Positions 1 to 9,624 of a stretch of DNA of 64,000 nt are shown here, piece by piece. Every line of letters begins with the position of its first letter. The stretch's first letter is position 1. The position numbers were made by a program, and so were the translations under genes. The stretch is taken from the IMG/VR virus record IMGVR_UViG_3300050030_000022, positions 1-64,000 of that record; one strand, given 5' to 3'. The notes under the pieces are model-generated. The model saw only the letters and a program-made list of their open reading frames with translations. It was not told the DNA's origin and did not search any database. This stretch comes from a virus.

Positions 1-1227
1 GACCCATGTGCCCTTGAACTTGGCAGTGGATGGCGTCTTCCGACCTCAACTGAATGGGCTAATGTGGATGCAAGTGGAAACTGGACGAACTGGAATGGCC
101 CGTGGAACTCTGCGTTAAAAATGCATCCAGCGGGGCGCTTGATATACAGTACTGGCACACTTGATTCAAGGGGTATAATAGGCGTTTACTGGAGCAATAC
201 TATGACCGGTACAAGTACAGCCTGGAAGTTGGACTTTGGGGCTGCTAATTGTGAAGTATTATCCTGGAATAAGGCATATGGTTCTTCTATCCGTTGTATT
301 AAGGATTCAACACAAACAGGACAGACGTCAACCATCCCTACTATCACTACAACCACCATTTCCAATATCAATCAAACCACGGCAACGGGAGGGGGTAATG
401 TTACCGATGATGGTGGTGCCACCTTGATCACGATGGGGGTCTGTTGGAATACATCTGCCACGCCCACTACTGCGAATGGTCACACCACTCAGGATGCGGA
501 GGAAGGGGTATTTACTTCTGACATCACCGGGCTTACCGAAGGAACCTTGTATTATGTGAGAGCATATGCCACTAATAGTGTCGGGACAGCTTATGGTAAT
601 CAACAAAGTTTTACAACTCTGGACTTGTCTTGTCCTGGAGAACCGACCGTTACATACGGAGGACAGATCTATCATACAGTACAAATAGGCACCCAGTGTT
701 GGTTCAAGGAAAACTTGAATATAGGAACACCTATCGATGTATCACAGGAGCAAACGAACAATGGTACGATTGAAAAATATTGTTATGATAACTTGGTTTC
801 AAATTGTAATGTATACGGTGGGCTTTACCAGTGGAATGAGGTAATGCAATATGTGACGAATGAAGGCGCTCCTGGAATATGTCCTGATGGCTGGCATATA
901 CCGACAGATGCAGAGTGGACTACATTGACAACTTATCTTGGCGGGGAAATTATTGCAGGAGGCAAGATGAAAGAGGCGGGATTGACCCATTGGGCATCAC
1001 CAAATGCTGGTGCTACAAACAGTAGTGGATTCACAGCTCTTCCGGGCGGCTTTCGAGGAGGCAATGGCTGGTTCGGCAATCTTTCCCAAACCGCAGGCCT
1101 CTGGTCGTCATCGCAGTCCGGTGGGGTCAACTCATGGTTCCGGAATCTCTATTGGTATTATGAGTACGTCTACACTAGTGACGGCGACAAGTCTGACGGT
1201 TTGTCTGTACGCTGTGTTCAGGATTAA
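1..1227 (+). CDS. 5'-truncated FN3-like + FISUMP (Fib_succ_major-type, C-lectin-like fold) surface protein; host-like
   Basis: Frame is open from base 1 (DPCALELGSGWRLPT...). Motifs YYVRAYATN, YHTVQIGTQCW..ENLN, YGGLYQW, GICPDGWHIPT, C-terminal GLSVRCVQD. Confidence 0.85.
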   Translation, partial: DPCALELGSGWRLPTSTEWANVDASGNWTNWNGPWNSALKMHPAGRLIYSTGTLDSRGIIGVYWSNTMTGTSTAWKLDFGAANCEVLSWNKAYGSSIRCIKDSTQTGQTSTIPTITTTTISNINQTTATGGGNVTDDGGATLITMGVCWNTSATPTTANGHTTQDAEEGVFTSDITGLTEGTLYYVRAYATNSVGTAYGNQQSFTTLDLSCPGEPTVTYGGQIYHTVQIGTQCWFKENLNIGTPIDVSQEQTNNGTIEKYCYDNLVSNCNVYGGLYQWNEVMQYVTNEGAPGICPDGWHIPTDAEWTTLTTYLGGEIIAGGKMKEAGLTHWASPNAGATNSSGFTALPGGFRGGNGWFGNLSQTAGLWSSSQSGGVNSWFRNLYWYYEYVYTSDGDKSDGLSVRCVQD

Positions 1228-1274
1228 GGATGTGGTGCGTAAGATGTGAAAGGTCATTTAATTGAGAATATCAA

Positions 1275-2885
1275 ATGAAACCAATCAAAATATTTCTGTT
1301 GCTTTGTCTTCTGCTTGTGGTTTCCACGTGCAAGAAGGACCCGGAAACACCATCTGGCAGCAACAAAATAGAATTTGGTGACTCTTCAATTGATTCAATA
1401 TTTTATTTTAATGCCCAAGTCAGCACAAACCTCACCAACACAGGAGGAAAACAAATTTTACAGCATGGACATTGTTGGAGTAAGGAACCACAACCAGAAA
1501 TCAAAGATCATCATTCTTCTTTAGGTAGTCTAATAACCCCTGAAAATTTCACGAGCCAGATCGACAACCTCGATCCAAATGTGAAATACTATTTTCGACC
1601 TTATGTAACGTTACAAAACGATACAATTTACGGCAAACAGGAAGGGTTTACAACATTAAAGACAGGAAAACCAAAACTAACAACAAGTGAAGTTGCTAAT
1701 ATTACAACAATATCAGCGGTATCTGGAGGGACGGTATTGAGTGACAGCGGTTATACTGTTACCATAAGAGGCGTATGCTGGGATACAGTCCATGATTTCA
1801 ATGTTAATATTTGTTTAGGGAAAACATCTGACGGAGCTGGTTCGGGAGCCTTTTCCAGTAACCTTGAAAATCTTAAAGAGGGAAAACATTATTATGTCAA
1901 AGGTTATGCAATAAACCAAGCTGGAACGAATTATGGTGAAATTAAACAATTTTCAACAGTTCCTATAACGCTGCCAACCATCGAGACAAATGCTGTTACC
2001 AGCATTACTGGTAATTCAGCAGTTTGTGGTGGAAATATCACCAGTAGTGGTAATGGTACTGTGACTGTGACCGCCAGGGGTGTTTGCTGGAATACAACAG
2101 GTAATCCCACTCTTGATGATAATTTGGGTTATACTACAAATGGAACCGATATAGGAGCCTTTGTTAGCTATTGTTCAGGACTTACACCAGGAACACCATA
2201 TTATGTCAGGGCTTATGCTACCAATAGCGAGGGAACAGCTTACGGCAGTCAGGTCACATTCATGACCGATTCTATTACTGAATCATCATTTGTCTGTGGC
2301 GATGCGATTATCGTGCAACATACCGCAGGTAGTATCTCGCCCGTTACAAAAGAAGTGGTTTATCAAACTTTAAAAAACATTCCCGGAGATACTTCTAAAT
2401 GTTGGATTGATCGCAATTTAGGCGCGGATAGAGTGGCATTGAATAAAAACGATGCCTCAGAACCTTCCGCCGGGTGGTATTGGCAATTTAACAGAAAACA
2501 AGGCTATCAGCATTCAGGTACGGCTCGCACACCCTCAACTTGGGTAACGACCACGCAGACATCCTCCGATTGGACGACCGCCAATGATCCCTGCACCTTG
2601 ATCGGTGACGGGTGGAGATTACCCACCTCTACTGAGTGGACTGCCGTTGATGCCGGGTGGACTTCGCTGAGTAACGTGTGGAGTTCCCGCCTGAAACTCC
2701 ATGCCGCCGGGTATTTATATTACACCACGGGAGCATTGAACAACCGGGGGGCTTACGGCTGTTATTGGTCGTCTACTCAATACAACACTGCCAAAGGGTA
2801 TAACCTGTACTTTTACTCCGCAAGTAGCGTAGTTGCGAATTACGATAAGAATTTTGGGTTTACCATAAGATGTATACATAATTAA
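1275..2885 (+). CDS. Lipoprotein with three FN3-like repeats and a C-terminal FISUMP-like domain
   Basis: Lipobox-like leader (LLVVSTC-KKD). Repeats YYFRPY/YYVKGY/YYVRAY. GWRLPTSTEW, YWSST, GFTIRC; this domain is paralogous to the start of the preceding ORF. Confidence 0.8.
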   Translation: MKPIKIFLLLCLLLVVSTCKKDPETPSGSNKIEFGDSSIDSIFYFNAQVSTNLTNTGGKQILQHGHCWSKEPQPEIKDHHSSLGSLITPENFTSQIDNLDPNVKYYFRPYVTLQNDTIYGKQEGFTTLKTGKPKLTTSEVANITTISAVSGGTVLSDSGYTVTIRGVCWDTVHDFNVNICLGKTSDGAGSGAFSSNLENLKEGKHYYVKGYAINQAGTNYGEIKQFSTVPITLPTIETNAVTSITGNSAVCGGNITSSGNGTVTVTARGVCWNTTGNPTLDDNLGYTTNGTDIGAFVSYCSGLTPGTPYYVRAYATNSEGTAYGSQVTFMTDSITESSFVCGDAIIVQHTAGSISPVTKEVVYQTLKNIPGDTSKCWIDRNLGADRVALNKNDASEPSAGWYWQFNRKQGYQHSGTARTPSTWVTTTQTSSDWTTANDPCTLIGDGWRLPTSTEWTAVDAGWTSLSNVWSSRLKLHAAGYLYYTTGALNNRGAYGCYWSSTQYNTAKGYNLYFYSASSVVANYDKNFGFTIRCIHN

Positions 2886-2886
2886 T

Positions 2887-3372
2887 ATGAACCAACTCCA
2901 GAGAAACTTCCGCACAGTTATTGAAAATTGGGTGACGACCTGGCGATTGCACCGTAAGAACCGCGCCATCCGCAAGCAAATCCGCAGGCACGGCAAGGAA
3001 TTAAAAGAAGCCATCCGTCAGGCCAATGAAATGCACAAAGCCACGGGGAAGGCGTACTATGTTCTGCCAGACCACAACGGGCAACTGCGGGTGTTGGACA
3101 AAATGGCGGTAAAGAACCTCAAGCGGTTTAAGGTGATGAGCGAACAGGTCACGGTAATGGACTTACTAACGGAGGCGGAATATCATACCATTAATTCGCA
3201 TTTCATTTTACTATTCCATTACAAGCGTAAAAACCTACTTACTTATCAGTTTTTCCGTGGAACCATATTGGAGGCGATGAAATATGTGAAGGATTCTGTG
3301 GCAGATGTGGAAATCCTTGGAGGTTTTGAGCGAGTTTGCACCATTAAAGACGGCAAAGTAATAAAACATTGA
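2887..3372 (+). CDS. Phage hypothetical protein
   Basis: 161-aa ORF. AIRQANEMHKATGKAYYVLP resembles, from memory, a small protein of Bacteroidota phages. Confidence 0.6.
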   Translation: MNQLQRNFRTVIENWVTTWRLHRKNRAIRKQIRRHGKELKEAIRQANEMHKATGKAYYVLPDHNGQLRVLDKMAVKNLKRFKVMSEQVTVMDLLTEAEYHTINSHFILLFHYKRKNLLTYQFFRGTILEAMKYVKDSVADVEILGGFERVCTIKDGKVIKH

Positions 3373-3591
3373 TCGCTTCCATCGCCATATTGTCCCTTGT
3401 TTTGATAATTGAGGTATCATTCCGCCCCCGGTTGGACAAAACCCGTGATGGCAAAACCTTACTCTGGTACGGGAAACGGCATAGGCGGTATATTATCATT
3501 AAAGAATAGTTTAATCTTTATTAAAAATAATTTGCATTTTCTATTGACAAACGGATTTTAATATCGTATATTCGCTGAGTAATTCGACATT

Positions 3592-4320
3592 ATGAACATT
3601 GACATCTACACCTCACTTGCCTTAAATTCCTCACCATACGCTGAGAGATTGCGTAAGAACCTGGAACAATTAAAGTCCGGCAAACACAAAATCAGGTATT
3701 GGGCAATGACGGCACAGTTGGTTTCTGAGCAAAGAGATGCCCCAAGGGGTTGGGCAAGGATTATCATTGACACGGAAAAAATAGAACCGACAGGTGTATT
3801 AAAGCCCTCCGTGAACCACGCCAAACTGCTCAATCAGATTATTAACCACATCCCGGAAGACTCTAACATCGTCATTATTGCCGACTGCGATATGTTCGTC
3901 TTTCCTTATGGTTGGGGCGATTTTCTTGCAAGGAAACTTTTTGACACGATCTTAACGCCCCTGGACTGCATCGGCACGGAAAAGCATGACGGCTCACTCA
4001 GGATGTTCTTCACCGCTTTTGTCACATTCAAATACCGACTTCTCGACCCTGACTTCATGCCGGGCATTGATGAAAAGTACGAAAGCGTGTGGACGACCAA
4101 TAACCGTGGCAATAAAGTGGTTGCCGACACGGGTTGGCGACTGGAAGATCAGGTCAGGGAATGCGGTTTAAAGTACGACAAATTTAAGTTGATCGGCGAT
4201 CAATATTTATACAAAGGACATTTGTTCTGCGCCCATTTGGGCGGGTCACATAAAAAGGACTTCAAAAGCAAGGAAGTCAAGCATTGGTATCGGGTTAATA
4301 AAACTTTAATTTATAGATAA
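3592..4320 (+). CDS. Putative GT-A-fold glycosyltransferase-like protein
   Basis: SVNHAKLLN...IVIIADCDMF (DxD after a hydrophobic strand), DTGW, C-terminal HLGGS. Confidence 0.5.
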   Translation: MNIDIYTSLALNSSPYAERLRKNLEQLKSGKHKIRYWAMTAQLVSEQRDAPRGWARIIIDTEKIEPTGVLKPSVNHAKLLNQIINHIPEDSNIVIIADCDMFVFPYGWGDFLARKLFDTILTPLDCIGTEKHDGSLRMFFTAFVTFKYRLLDPDFMPGIDEKYESVWTTNNRGNKVVADTGWRLEDQVRECGLKYDKFKLIGDQYLYKGHLFCAHLGGSHKKDFKSKEVKHWYRVNKTLIYR

Positions 4321-5069
4321 TGAAACTCTACGCCCTTTTCCTAATCCTATTCTTAACGATTGTCCCGCAGTCACTTCCCAAACGCACTTACATAGACGGG
4401 TATACACAGACCGACCGTTTTGTACTGGTTAAGATTGACCCAAAGGAATCCCATCTGGCGATGTACTATAAGAATAAGTACGGTGAGGTTTTGGGCGATT
4501 TTTACAGGCTGAGCCAATATGTCAAACATCAGGGCAGGCAGTTGGTCTTTGCTTGCAACGGGGGGATGTTCATGGAGGATTTACGACCTTTAGGACTGTA
4601 TATCGAGAACGGCGTACAGATCATGCCACTTAATACCCGAAGTGCCTCCACGAACTTCTACATCAAACCGAATGGGGTATTTTACATTTGCAGTAATGGC
4701 AAGGCGGGGATTTGTAAAACAGAAGAATATAAATTGATTTCCGGTATGTACACTGTCGGTGAAGATATTAAGTATGCAACTCAATCGGGCGGGATGCTGA
4801 CCATTAACGGGGAAATTAATCCTAAGTTTGACCCCAATTCCCTGTCGTGGAAATATCGTAACGGTGTAGGTATTCAGGATGACGGGAAGGTAGTCTTTAT
4901 TTTAAGCAAAGAGCCGGTGAGTTTCTATTGTCTTGCCGCAATGTTTCAGGCTTGCCAGTGTAACAACTCCCTGTTTTTAGACGGGGATATTTCGGACTTT
5001 TATTGCCCGGAGATCGGGTATACACAGATGTTTGGGTATATGAGTGTGATGATTGCGGTAACCAACTAA
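4320..5069 (+). CDS. Exported phosphodiester glycosidase family protein (NAGPA/DUF2233-like)
   Basis: Hydrophobic N-terminus; FACNGGMF, PLGLYIENG, NFYIKPNGVF, YATQSG, RNGVG, LFLDG. Confidence 0.8.
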   Translation: MKLYALFLILFLTIVPQSLPKRTYIDGYTQTDRFVLVKIDPKESHLAMYYKNKYGEVLGDFYRLSQYVKHQGRQLVFACNGGMFMEDLRPLGLYIENGVQIMPLNTRSASTNFYIKPNGVFYICSNGKAGICKTEEYKLISGMYTVGEDIKYATQSGGMLTINGEINPKFDPNSLSWKYRNGVGIQDDGKVVFILSKEPVSFYCLAAMFQACQCNNSLFLDGDISDFYCPEIGYTQMFGYMSVMIAVTN

Positions 5070-5264
5070 ATCATAAAGCCATGAAAACAAATTATGACCA
5101 CACACAGTTAGCATTAAATTTCAGACGACCTCCACGTGCAGAACGCCCGGTAGACCGGATATTAAAAAACTTCCGCAAGTTGCAACGCACTGAATACTTC
5201 CGGAAAATACATTACTTGCGCCGTGATAAATTTATTTCGATGTTTGGCACTCAGATATTTTAAC

Positions 5265-5293
5265 AAAGCCGCCTGATTACTCAGAACGGCTTT
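5265..5293. terminator. Hairpin between convergent operons, probable bidirectional terminator
   Basis: AAAGCCG..CTGA-TTAC-TCAG..CGGCTTT. Confidence 0.55.
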
Positions 5294-5342
5294 GGGCAAC
5301 GGCGAGCCAGCCCACTCAAGGCTAAATGTATGTTGATTGCGC

Positions 5343-5888
5343 TTATAAGCTGGAATTAATCACAGGCTTACGCAAATCAAACAGTCTTTTGCTCTCCATT
5401 TCAATTCTCAATGAGTTGTATTTTGCCAGTTCAATCCCGGCTTCATTTGTGAGGCCGTGAAGTTCCCACCAATCAGCGAGCGTCAGATAGGTAAGCATAT
5501 CCTTTATCCCGTCATCCACGGTTTGAATCGAGTTTTCATTGTAGGCATCGTTATCCTGGATTGAGAAAGCGTACTGATTGGTCAGGTCGCTGTTCGAAGT
5601 ATCCCCGAAATCCACATAACTGTCCAGTATCAAAGCACCCGTTACGGAGAAGGTCATTTTCTTGACCATAACGAATACCTTAGTCGCGGCACGTTTCATA
5701 AATATATCGAATGCGTCCCGTTCCCCGGCGGTCATACCGTATTTGTCAATCGCATCGGAGTCGCCCTGTTCTCCCTTACCAATCATTGCTTTGGATTTAT
5801 AAAGAGTTAGGGATGAAACCCTGCTGAACAAATCTGCCGATGGGTAGTGAAAAACAATCGTGCCGTTGGTGGTGTCTTTGGTGTACAT
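5343..5888 (-). CDS. Putative tail adaptor/ring protein (paralogue 2)
   Basis: Likely start MYTKD at 5888, which avoids overlap with the upstream gene. IKDMLTYLTLADWW matches the neighbour's IQDTIISYVVWRWM. Lies in the structural operon. Confidence 0.5.
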   Translation of the reverse strand: MYTKDTTNGTIVFHYPSADLFSRVSSLTLYKSKAMIGKGEQGDSDAIDKYGMTAGERDAFDIFMKRAATKVFVMVKKMTFSVTGALILDSYVDFGDTSNSDLTNQYAFSIQDNDAYNENSIQTVDDGIKDMLTYLTLADWWELHGLTNEAGIELAKYNSLRIEMESKRLFDLRKPVINSSL

Positions 5889-5898
5889 ATCTGTAAGA

Positions 5899-6411
5899 TT
5901 AAAAAGTTCTGTATTTCGTTTTGGGGCGTGACCCGTAAGTAAATGCCCAGTCAACTCCCGCGAGATTATCAATGAAAGAGGCGTTCTCAGCTTGTGTACC
6001 TTGTTCCTGCCCCAAGCCCTTAGTCAGCATCCAACGCCACACCACGTAAGAGATAATCGTATCTTGTATGGCATTGGTCAGCATGGCACTGTTGCGCCCG
6101 GTAATCCACTTGTCAGGTTCGTCCAAGATGTAAACCAGTTGATTGGGGTAGTCCTCCAGATTCCCGGTTACGTCAAAATTTAAAACAAACGGTTCAATCA
6201 CACTTGAATCCTCGGTGGCATACTTAGCCAGTTTTACCCATATCTTATTAGCGACATCCTTTAAAAAGACGTTGAACATATCCCGGCTCTCGTTATTCAA
6301 TGGTACAATGTCTGATTTGACAGGGTTTTGGTCTATCGTCTGAGATAGATAAACCGTGCGTTGCCACACCAGAAGAAAAATATTGTCCAGTGAAAAAGAA
6401 ATCGTGATCAT
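5899..6411 (-). CDS. Putative tail adaptor/ring protein (paralogue 1)
   Basis: 170 aa in the structural operon; similar layout to the downstream ORF. Confidence 0.5.
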   Translation of the reverse strand: MITISFSLDNIFLLVWQRTVYLSQTIDQNPVKSDIVPLNNESRDMFNVFLKDVANKIWVKLAKYATEDSSVIEPFVLNFDVTGNLEDYPNQLVYILDEPDKWITGRNSAMLTNAIQDTIISYVVWRWMLTKGLGQEQGTQAENASFIDNLAGVDWAFTYGSRPKTKYRTF

Positions 6412-7025
6412 TATTTCAGTCTTAAAATCAGTCCGCCCTTATAAATCAACTTATCAAAGTCAGTTCCAATTCCTGCGGAAAGCCCCCAACCCTCCCGGCG
6501 GATATACATTAACGATACGTCCGCGGAGTTGAATTGCTTGCCCCAGAATCCGGCTCCAATATTAGTATAAAGATGTGACTTTTCACACCTAACATTGGTT
6601 TGATATTGCGTTAAATCTACCGTTTTTTCCTTTGTGATTATGAGTGATTTTATCAAACTCGGTGGATTTATGGTCATGGAGTTTAACACACCTGTTACGT
6701 TGGCAGTCCAATGGAGTTCAAACTGAGGATGAATGTAAGTCCCTGTGTATTCGGATTGTTCTATCGGGCAGTCCAGCCATTCGGTTGTCCTGATATTTAC
6801 CGTATCAATAACCTTGTGGGTAAACGGTAGATAAATCACCTGCTTTAATGTGTCCCTTCTTACAACGGTGTCAGACTTAACGGGTGCATGTACGCAATCG
6901 TATAGTTGTTGCTGTAACGAGGCAATTTGTTTTTCATCCTCCCGGCGGTCACATTTATAGAACAGAAATTGGAACAGGATAATCCCCGCCAGTGCCACAC
7001 AGAAATATAGAGGTGCTTTGTTCAT
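6411..7025 (-). CDS. Spanin-like envelope protein
   Basis: N-terminal TM helix, short coiled coil, DTV/DTL-rich linker and amphipathic C-terminal beta strands; close to the lysis genes. Confidence 0.5.
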   Translation of the reverse strand: MNKAPLYFCVALAGIILFQFLFYKCDRREDEKQIASLQQQLYDCVHAPVKSDTVVRRDTLKQVIYLPFTHKVIDTVNIRTTEWLDCPIEQSEYTGTYIHPQFELHWTANVTGVLNSMTINPPSLIKSLIITKEKTVDLTQYQTNVRCEKSHLYTNIGAGFWGKQFNSADVSLMYIRREGWGLSAGIGTDFDKLIYKGGLILRLK

Positions 7026-7059
7026 TTAAGGTATTGTTATTACCATTATATCTTTTATT

Positions 7060-8403
7060 TTAAGGTGTATCGCATTCCAGTTCAACCACCTCAAAGACCC
7101 CAAAACCTGATATATATGTCATAATCAAATCTCCGTCTTTATTGGTCGTTATGGTACGGTTATATGTTTGATATAAATCTGTTTCATTAATCAGGGAGCA
7201 CCCTACTACGCCGTCTAAGACGGTTAATTTAATAAGATTATCTCCAAATGCAAATGCGCTACAGCTACTCCCGTACGTCATGGTGCTACAGCTACTCCCG
7301 TACGTCATGCCGTTACAGCTACTCCCGTACGTTATAAAAAAACAAAAGGGGTCTAACTTTATTGCATAACAATTCTCTCGAAAAACAATATTGTTCAACC
7401 GTGAAAAAACACCCATATTTTCAGGATCATCCAATGTGCTAATAATCCCTATATCAATATCGTGACAACCTGTTCCAAAGGTGTAGACATCAGAAAAAGA
7501 AGTGACGTCAATGGAAACGGCTACGTTAAAAGCAGTGCTGTCAGTTATCCAAGATAGCAGCGAATCACCTGACACATCTAAGAGATATTGCCAGTAACGG
7601 GTAGAATCAGCAGGGAGTTTATCCGTAGAATCCCCTACAATGCACTTATAAATGACTCCCGAAGACTTACATATTTCATCAACAGAATAAACCGTAGCGG
7701 CGTTATAATCAGGTGCATCACATTCCCACCTTCTGAATTTGACATTTCTAAAATCATATCCCGTTGACAGGTTTTTAATCAAATCTTTTCTAAAGGTAAT
7801 CACTCCCTTAAATCCTGCGACAATAGCGATGGAATCAGCCGAAAAAGAAACATCAGCCAGCCAGTTATCAGGGTTCCAATCGTATTTTATTTCATCCTGT
7901 GGAAATAGTGGCGAATAAACCTGTGAATCTATTGTACTGTCAGAAGTTGCAAGCAGGATCAAAGGTTCTAATGTCCCGGTATTGATAGCCGTGTCTATCG
8001 TTGTTGAACCATCAGTAAAATAATGAACGGTCTGAAAGTCTGTAATCCGATACCAACCGCCAGCAGTTAGTGTTTTGGCACCTATTGCGGTTACTAATGC
8101 AGTATAAATAACATCGGTTATGGTCGCAGCATCTCCTGCCGGGAAATCGGCCCGAATAGCCGAGGCGGTATCATTCACCAAATTCTTTGTTGCATAATTT
8201 GCACTGTCACCAAGCCAGATAGGGTCAGTTTCGCTACCCGTTCCCGAAGAGGGCTTACGGATGTAATCATAAGTTCCCGTGTAGGTGTTAAGTATCATTT
8301 GCAGGGAATCCTTGACATCCCTGAATTTAACCTTTTCCACAGCCTGCCCCCTGATGCCAAAAGCCAGACCCATCAAAGCCAGTACAATAATTAACTTTTT
8401 CAT
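7060..8403 (-). CDS. Tail-fibre-like protein with Sec signal peptide
   Basis: MKKLIIVLALMGLAFGIRG|Q leader. YRITDF...KGVI..RKD..N..YDFRNVKF and TYGSSC repeats resemble Bacteroidota phage fibre proteins. Confidence 0.6.
   Translation of the reverse strand: MKKLIIVLALMGLAFGIRGQAVEKVKFRDVKDSLQMILNTYTGTYDYIRKPSSGTGSETDPIWLGDSANYATKNLVNDTASAIRADFPAGDAATITDVIYTALVTAIGAKTLTAGGWYRITDFQTVHYFTDGSTTIDTAINTGTLEPLILLATSDSTIDSQVYSPLFPQDEIKYDWNPDNWLADVSFSADSIAIVAGFKGVITFRKDLIKNLSTGYDFRNVKFRRWECDAPDYNAATVYSVDEICKSSGVIYKCIVGDSTDKLPADSTRYWQYLLDVSGDSLLSWITDSTAFNVAVSIDVTSFSDVYTFGTGCHDIDIGIISTLDDPENMGVFSRLNNIVFRENCYAIKLDPFCFFITYGSSCNGMTYGSSCSTMTYGSSCSAFAFGDNLIKLTVLDGVVGCSLINETDLYQTYNRTITTNKDGDLIMTYISGFGVFEVVELECDTP
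7261..7335. repeat. 27-bp tandem repeat, about 3 copies (encodes xTYGSSCxx)
   Basis: acagctactcccgtacgt at 7261, 7288 and 7315. Confidence 0.9.
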
Positions 8404-8405
8404 GG

Positions 8406-8633
8406 TTACGTTGTTTTGGTTTCCTTAATTTCAGCGTACTTCTGAATGGCTTTTGGTACGAATGCAGCCACGACAAATAAGGTCACAATGGCGATCACGT
8501 TTGCGTCCAACTGCTTAGTGCCTATGGCGAAACCGGATATTGCTGCGGAGATCAGAAGGGCGATAAAACTTTGCAGCCTCATGGAAGACTTCACGCCTTC
8601 CGCTTCGTAAAAAAATCCTACTTTTGCTTTCAT
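8406..8633 (-). CDS. Holin (two TM helices)
   Basis: 75 aa with SSMRL followed by two hydrophobic helices and a charged tail; next to the endolysin. Confidence 0.65.
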   Translation of the reverse strand: MKAKVGFFYEAEGVKSSMRLQSFIALLISAAISGFAIGTKQLDANVIAIVTLFVVAAFVPKAIQKYAEIKETKTT

Positions 8634-8644
8634 ATATGTAAATA

Positions 8645-9079
8645 TTATGTTTCAATAAGTTCATAATGTGGGCGGTCAACAAGGGATTGGCCTAATAAAA
8701 TTGTGCCGTCATCATTCCAATTTCCGCCCCAACGTATCTTATGGGTGATTTTACCTTGCTCAAAGAGCATATCCGCTACCCCATGAATTAAGCCCGCAAG
8801 ATAACTCAGCGTTTCCTTGTCATAGGAAATGGCATTATTCACCCATGCGTAAATATCTGCTGCCTTTGAGGGCGTGTAATTATGCTTACCGAGTGTTGTT
8901 ATGCCGTCAATTTTGCTTTTGCCTTCTTTAAAGTATTGCTGCTGAAGTTCAACCGAGCGATGACCCTCAGCGATGCCGAAGTCCACATTGGAAATCCTGA
9001 CCGCAGTGTGCATTATTAACTGCAAATCCACATGGCATGTCGCCAACCTTTCCTCTCCGACTTTACTGAAATTTCCCAT
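8645..9079 (-). CDS. Endolysin, M15-family (L-Ala-D-Glu) peptidase
   Basis: EGHRS..Q, KHN...AADI, IRWGGNW, DRPHYEL. Confidence 0.85.
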   Translation of the reverse strand: MGNFSKVGEERLATCHVDLQLIMHTAVRISNVDFGIAEGHRSVELQQQYFKEGKSKIDGITTLGKHNYTPSKAADIYAWVNNAISYDKETLSYLAGLIHGVADMLFEQGKITHKIRWGGNWNDDGTILLGQSLVDRPHYELIET

Positions 9080-9363
9080 TATTTAGTCATTCCTCTTGTG
9101 TCCAATTTTGCGATTTCCCTTAAAATATCTTTGTTGTACGCCGATACGTCCGGGTCAGACCACATAACTCCGGCCATAAACTTAATTTCATTATCATATT
9201 TTGCACATTCCTTCTGCATATCCTGATCGACCTGGTCTAAGGCGTTTATCCGGTCATTGCCCTGTTTAATCAGCCAACCGACACCCCCGGCAATCCAAGT
9301 GAGTAAAACAAAAATAATCGTGACAAGACCGTTGCTGATTTTTTGTTTTGCACTTTCCGTCAT
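9079..9363 (-). CDS. Single-TM coiled-coil protein (holin/antiholin-like)
   Basis: One TM helix then a coiled coil; translationally coupled to the endolysin. Confidence 0.45.
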   Translation of the reverse strand: MTESAKQKISNGLVTIIFVLLTWIAGGVGWLIKQGNDRINALDQVDQDMQKECAKYDNEIKFMAGVMWSDPDVSAYNKDILREIAKLDTRGMTK

Positions 9364-9369
9364 GGTATT

Positions 9370-9621
9370 TTAAGATTTGCGCGTTGAGTAATTCAAATCT
9401 ATGGCACGGTCAGCCCATGCCTGTTTAAAATTAAACGGATCGCTCTCAGCCCATTCTTCCAAGTTGGTGTCCAGTGATACCCTTTTGATGCTGCATTGAG
9501 TTAGCAGTCCCGCACCGGAGTTGGGGGCTTCATAGCCATAGTAAGTATAAGCGGAATCGTCAGCATCTATCACGGTAGGGGTTAATGTCACCCATCGGTT
9601 GACTTTCAGTTCGTTTGCCAT
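9370..9621 (-). CDS. Small putative virion protein
   Basis: 83 aa in the structural operon; YTYYG..A...W.DR..LNY pattern. Confidence 0.45.
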   Translation of the reverse strand: MANELKVNRWVTLTPTVIDADDSAYTYYGYEAPNSGAGLLTQCSIKRVSLDTNLEEWAESDPFNFKQAWADRAIDLNYSTRKS

Positions 9622-9624
9622 TGA

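Noticed and set aside
1030-2885. Diversity-generating retroelement targeting the FISUMP/C-lectin-like C-termini
   Set aside because: The 3' ends look VR-like, but I found no reverse transcriptase and no template repeat differing only at adenines in this window. Remote targeting cannot be excluded.
5081-5098. Small ORF starting MKTNYD, the same as the portal N-terminus (17 of 18 nt identical)
   Set aside because: Similarity stops after six codons in an AT-rich start context; probably chance.
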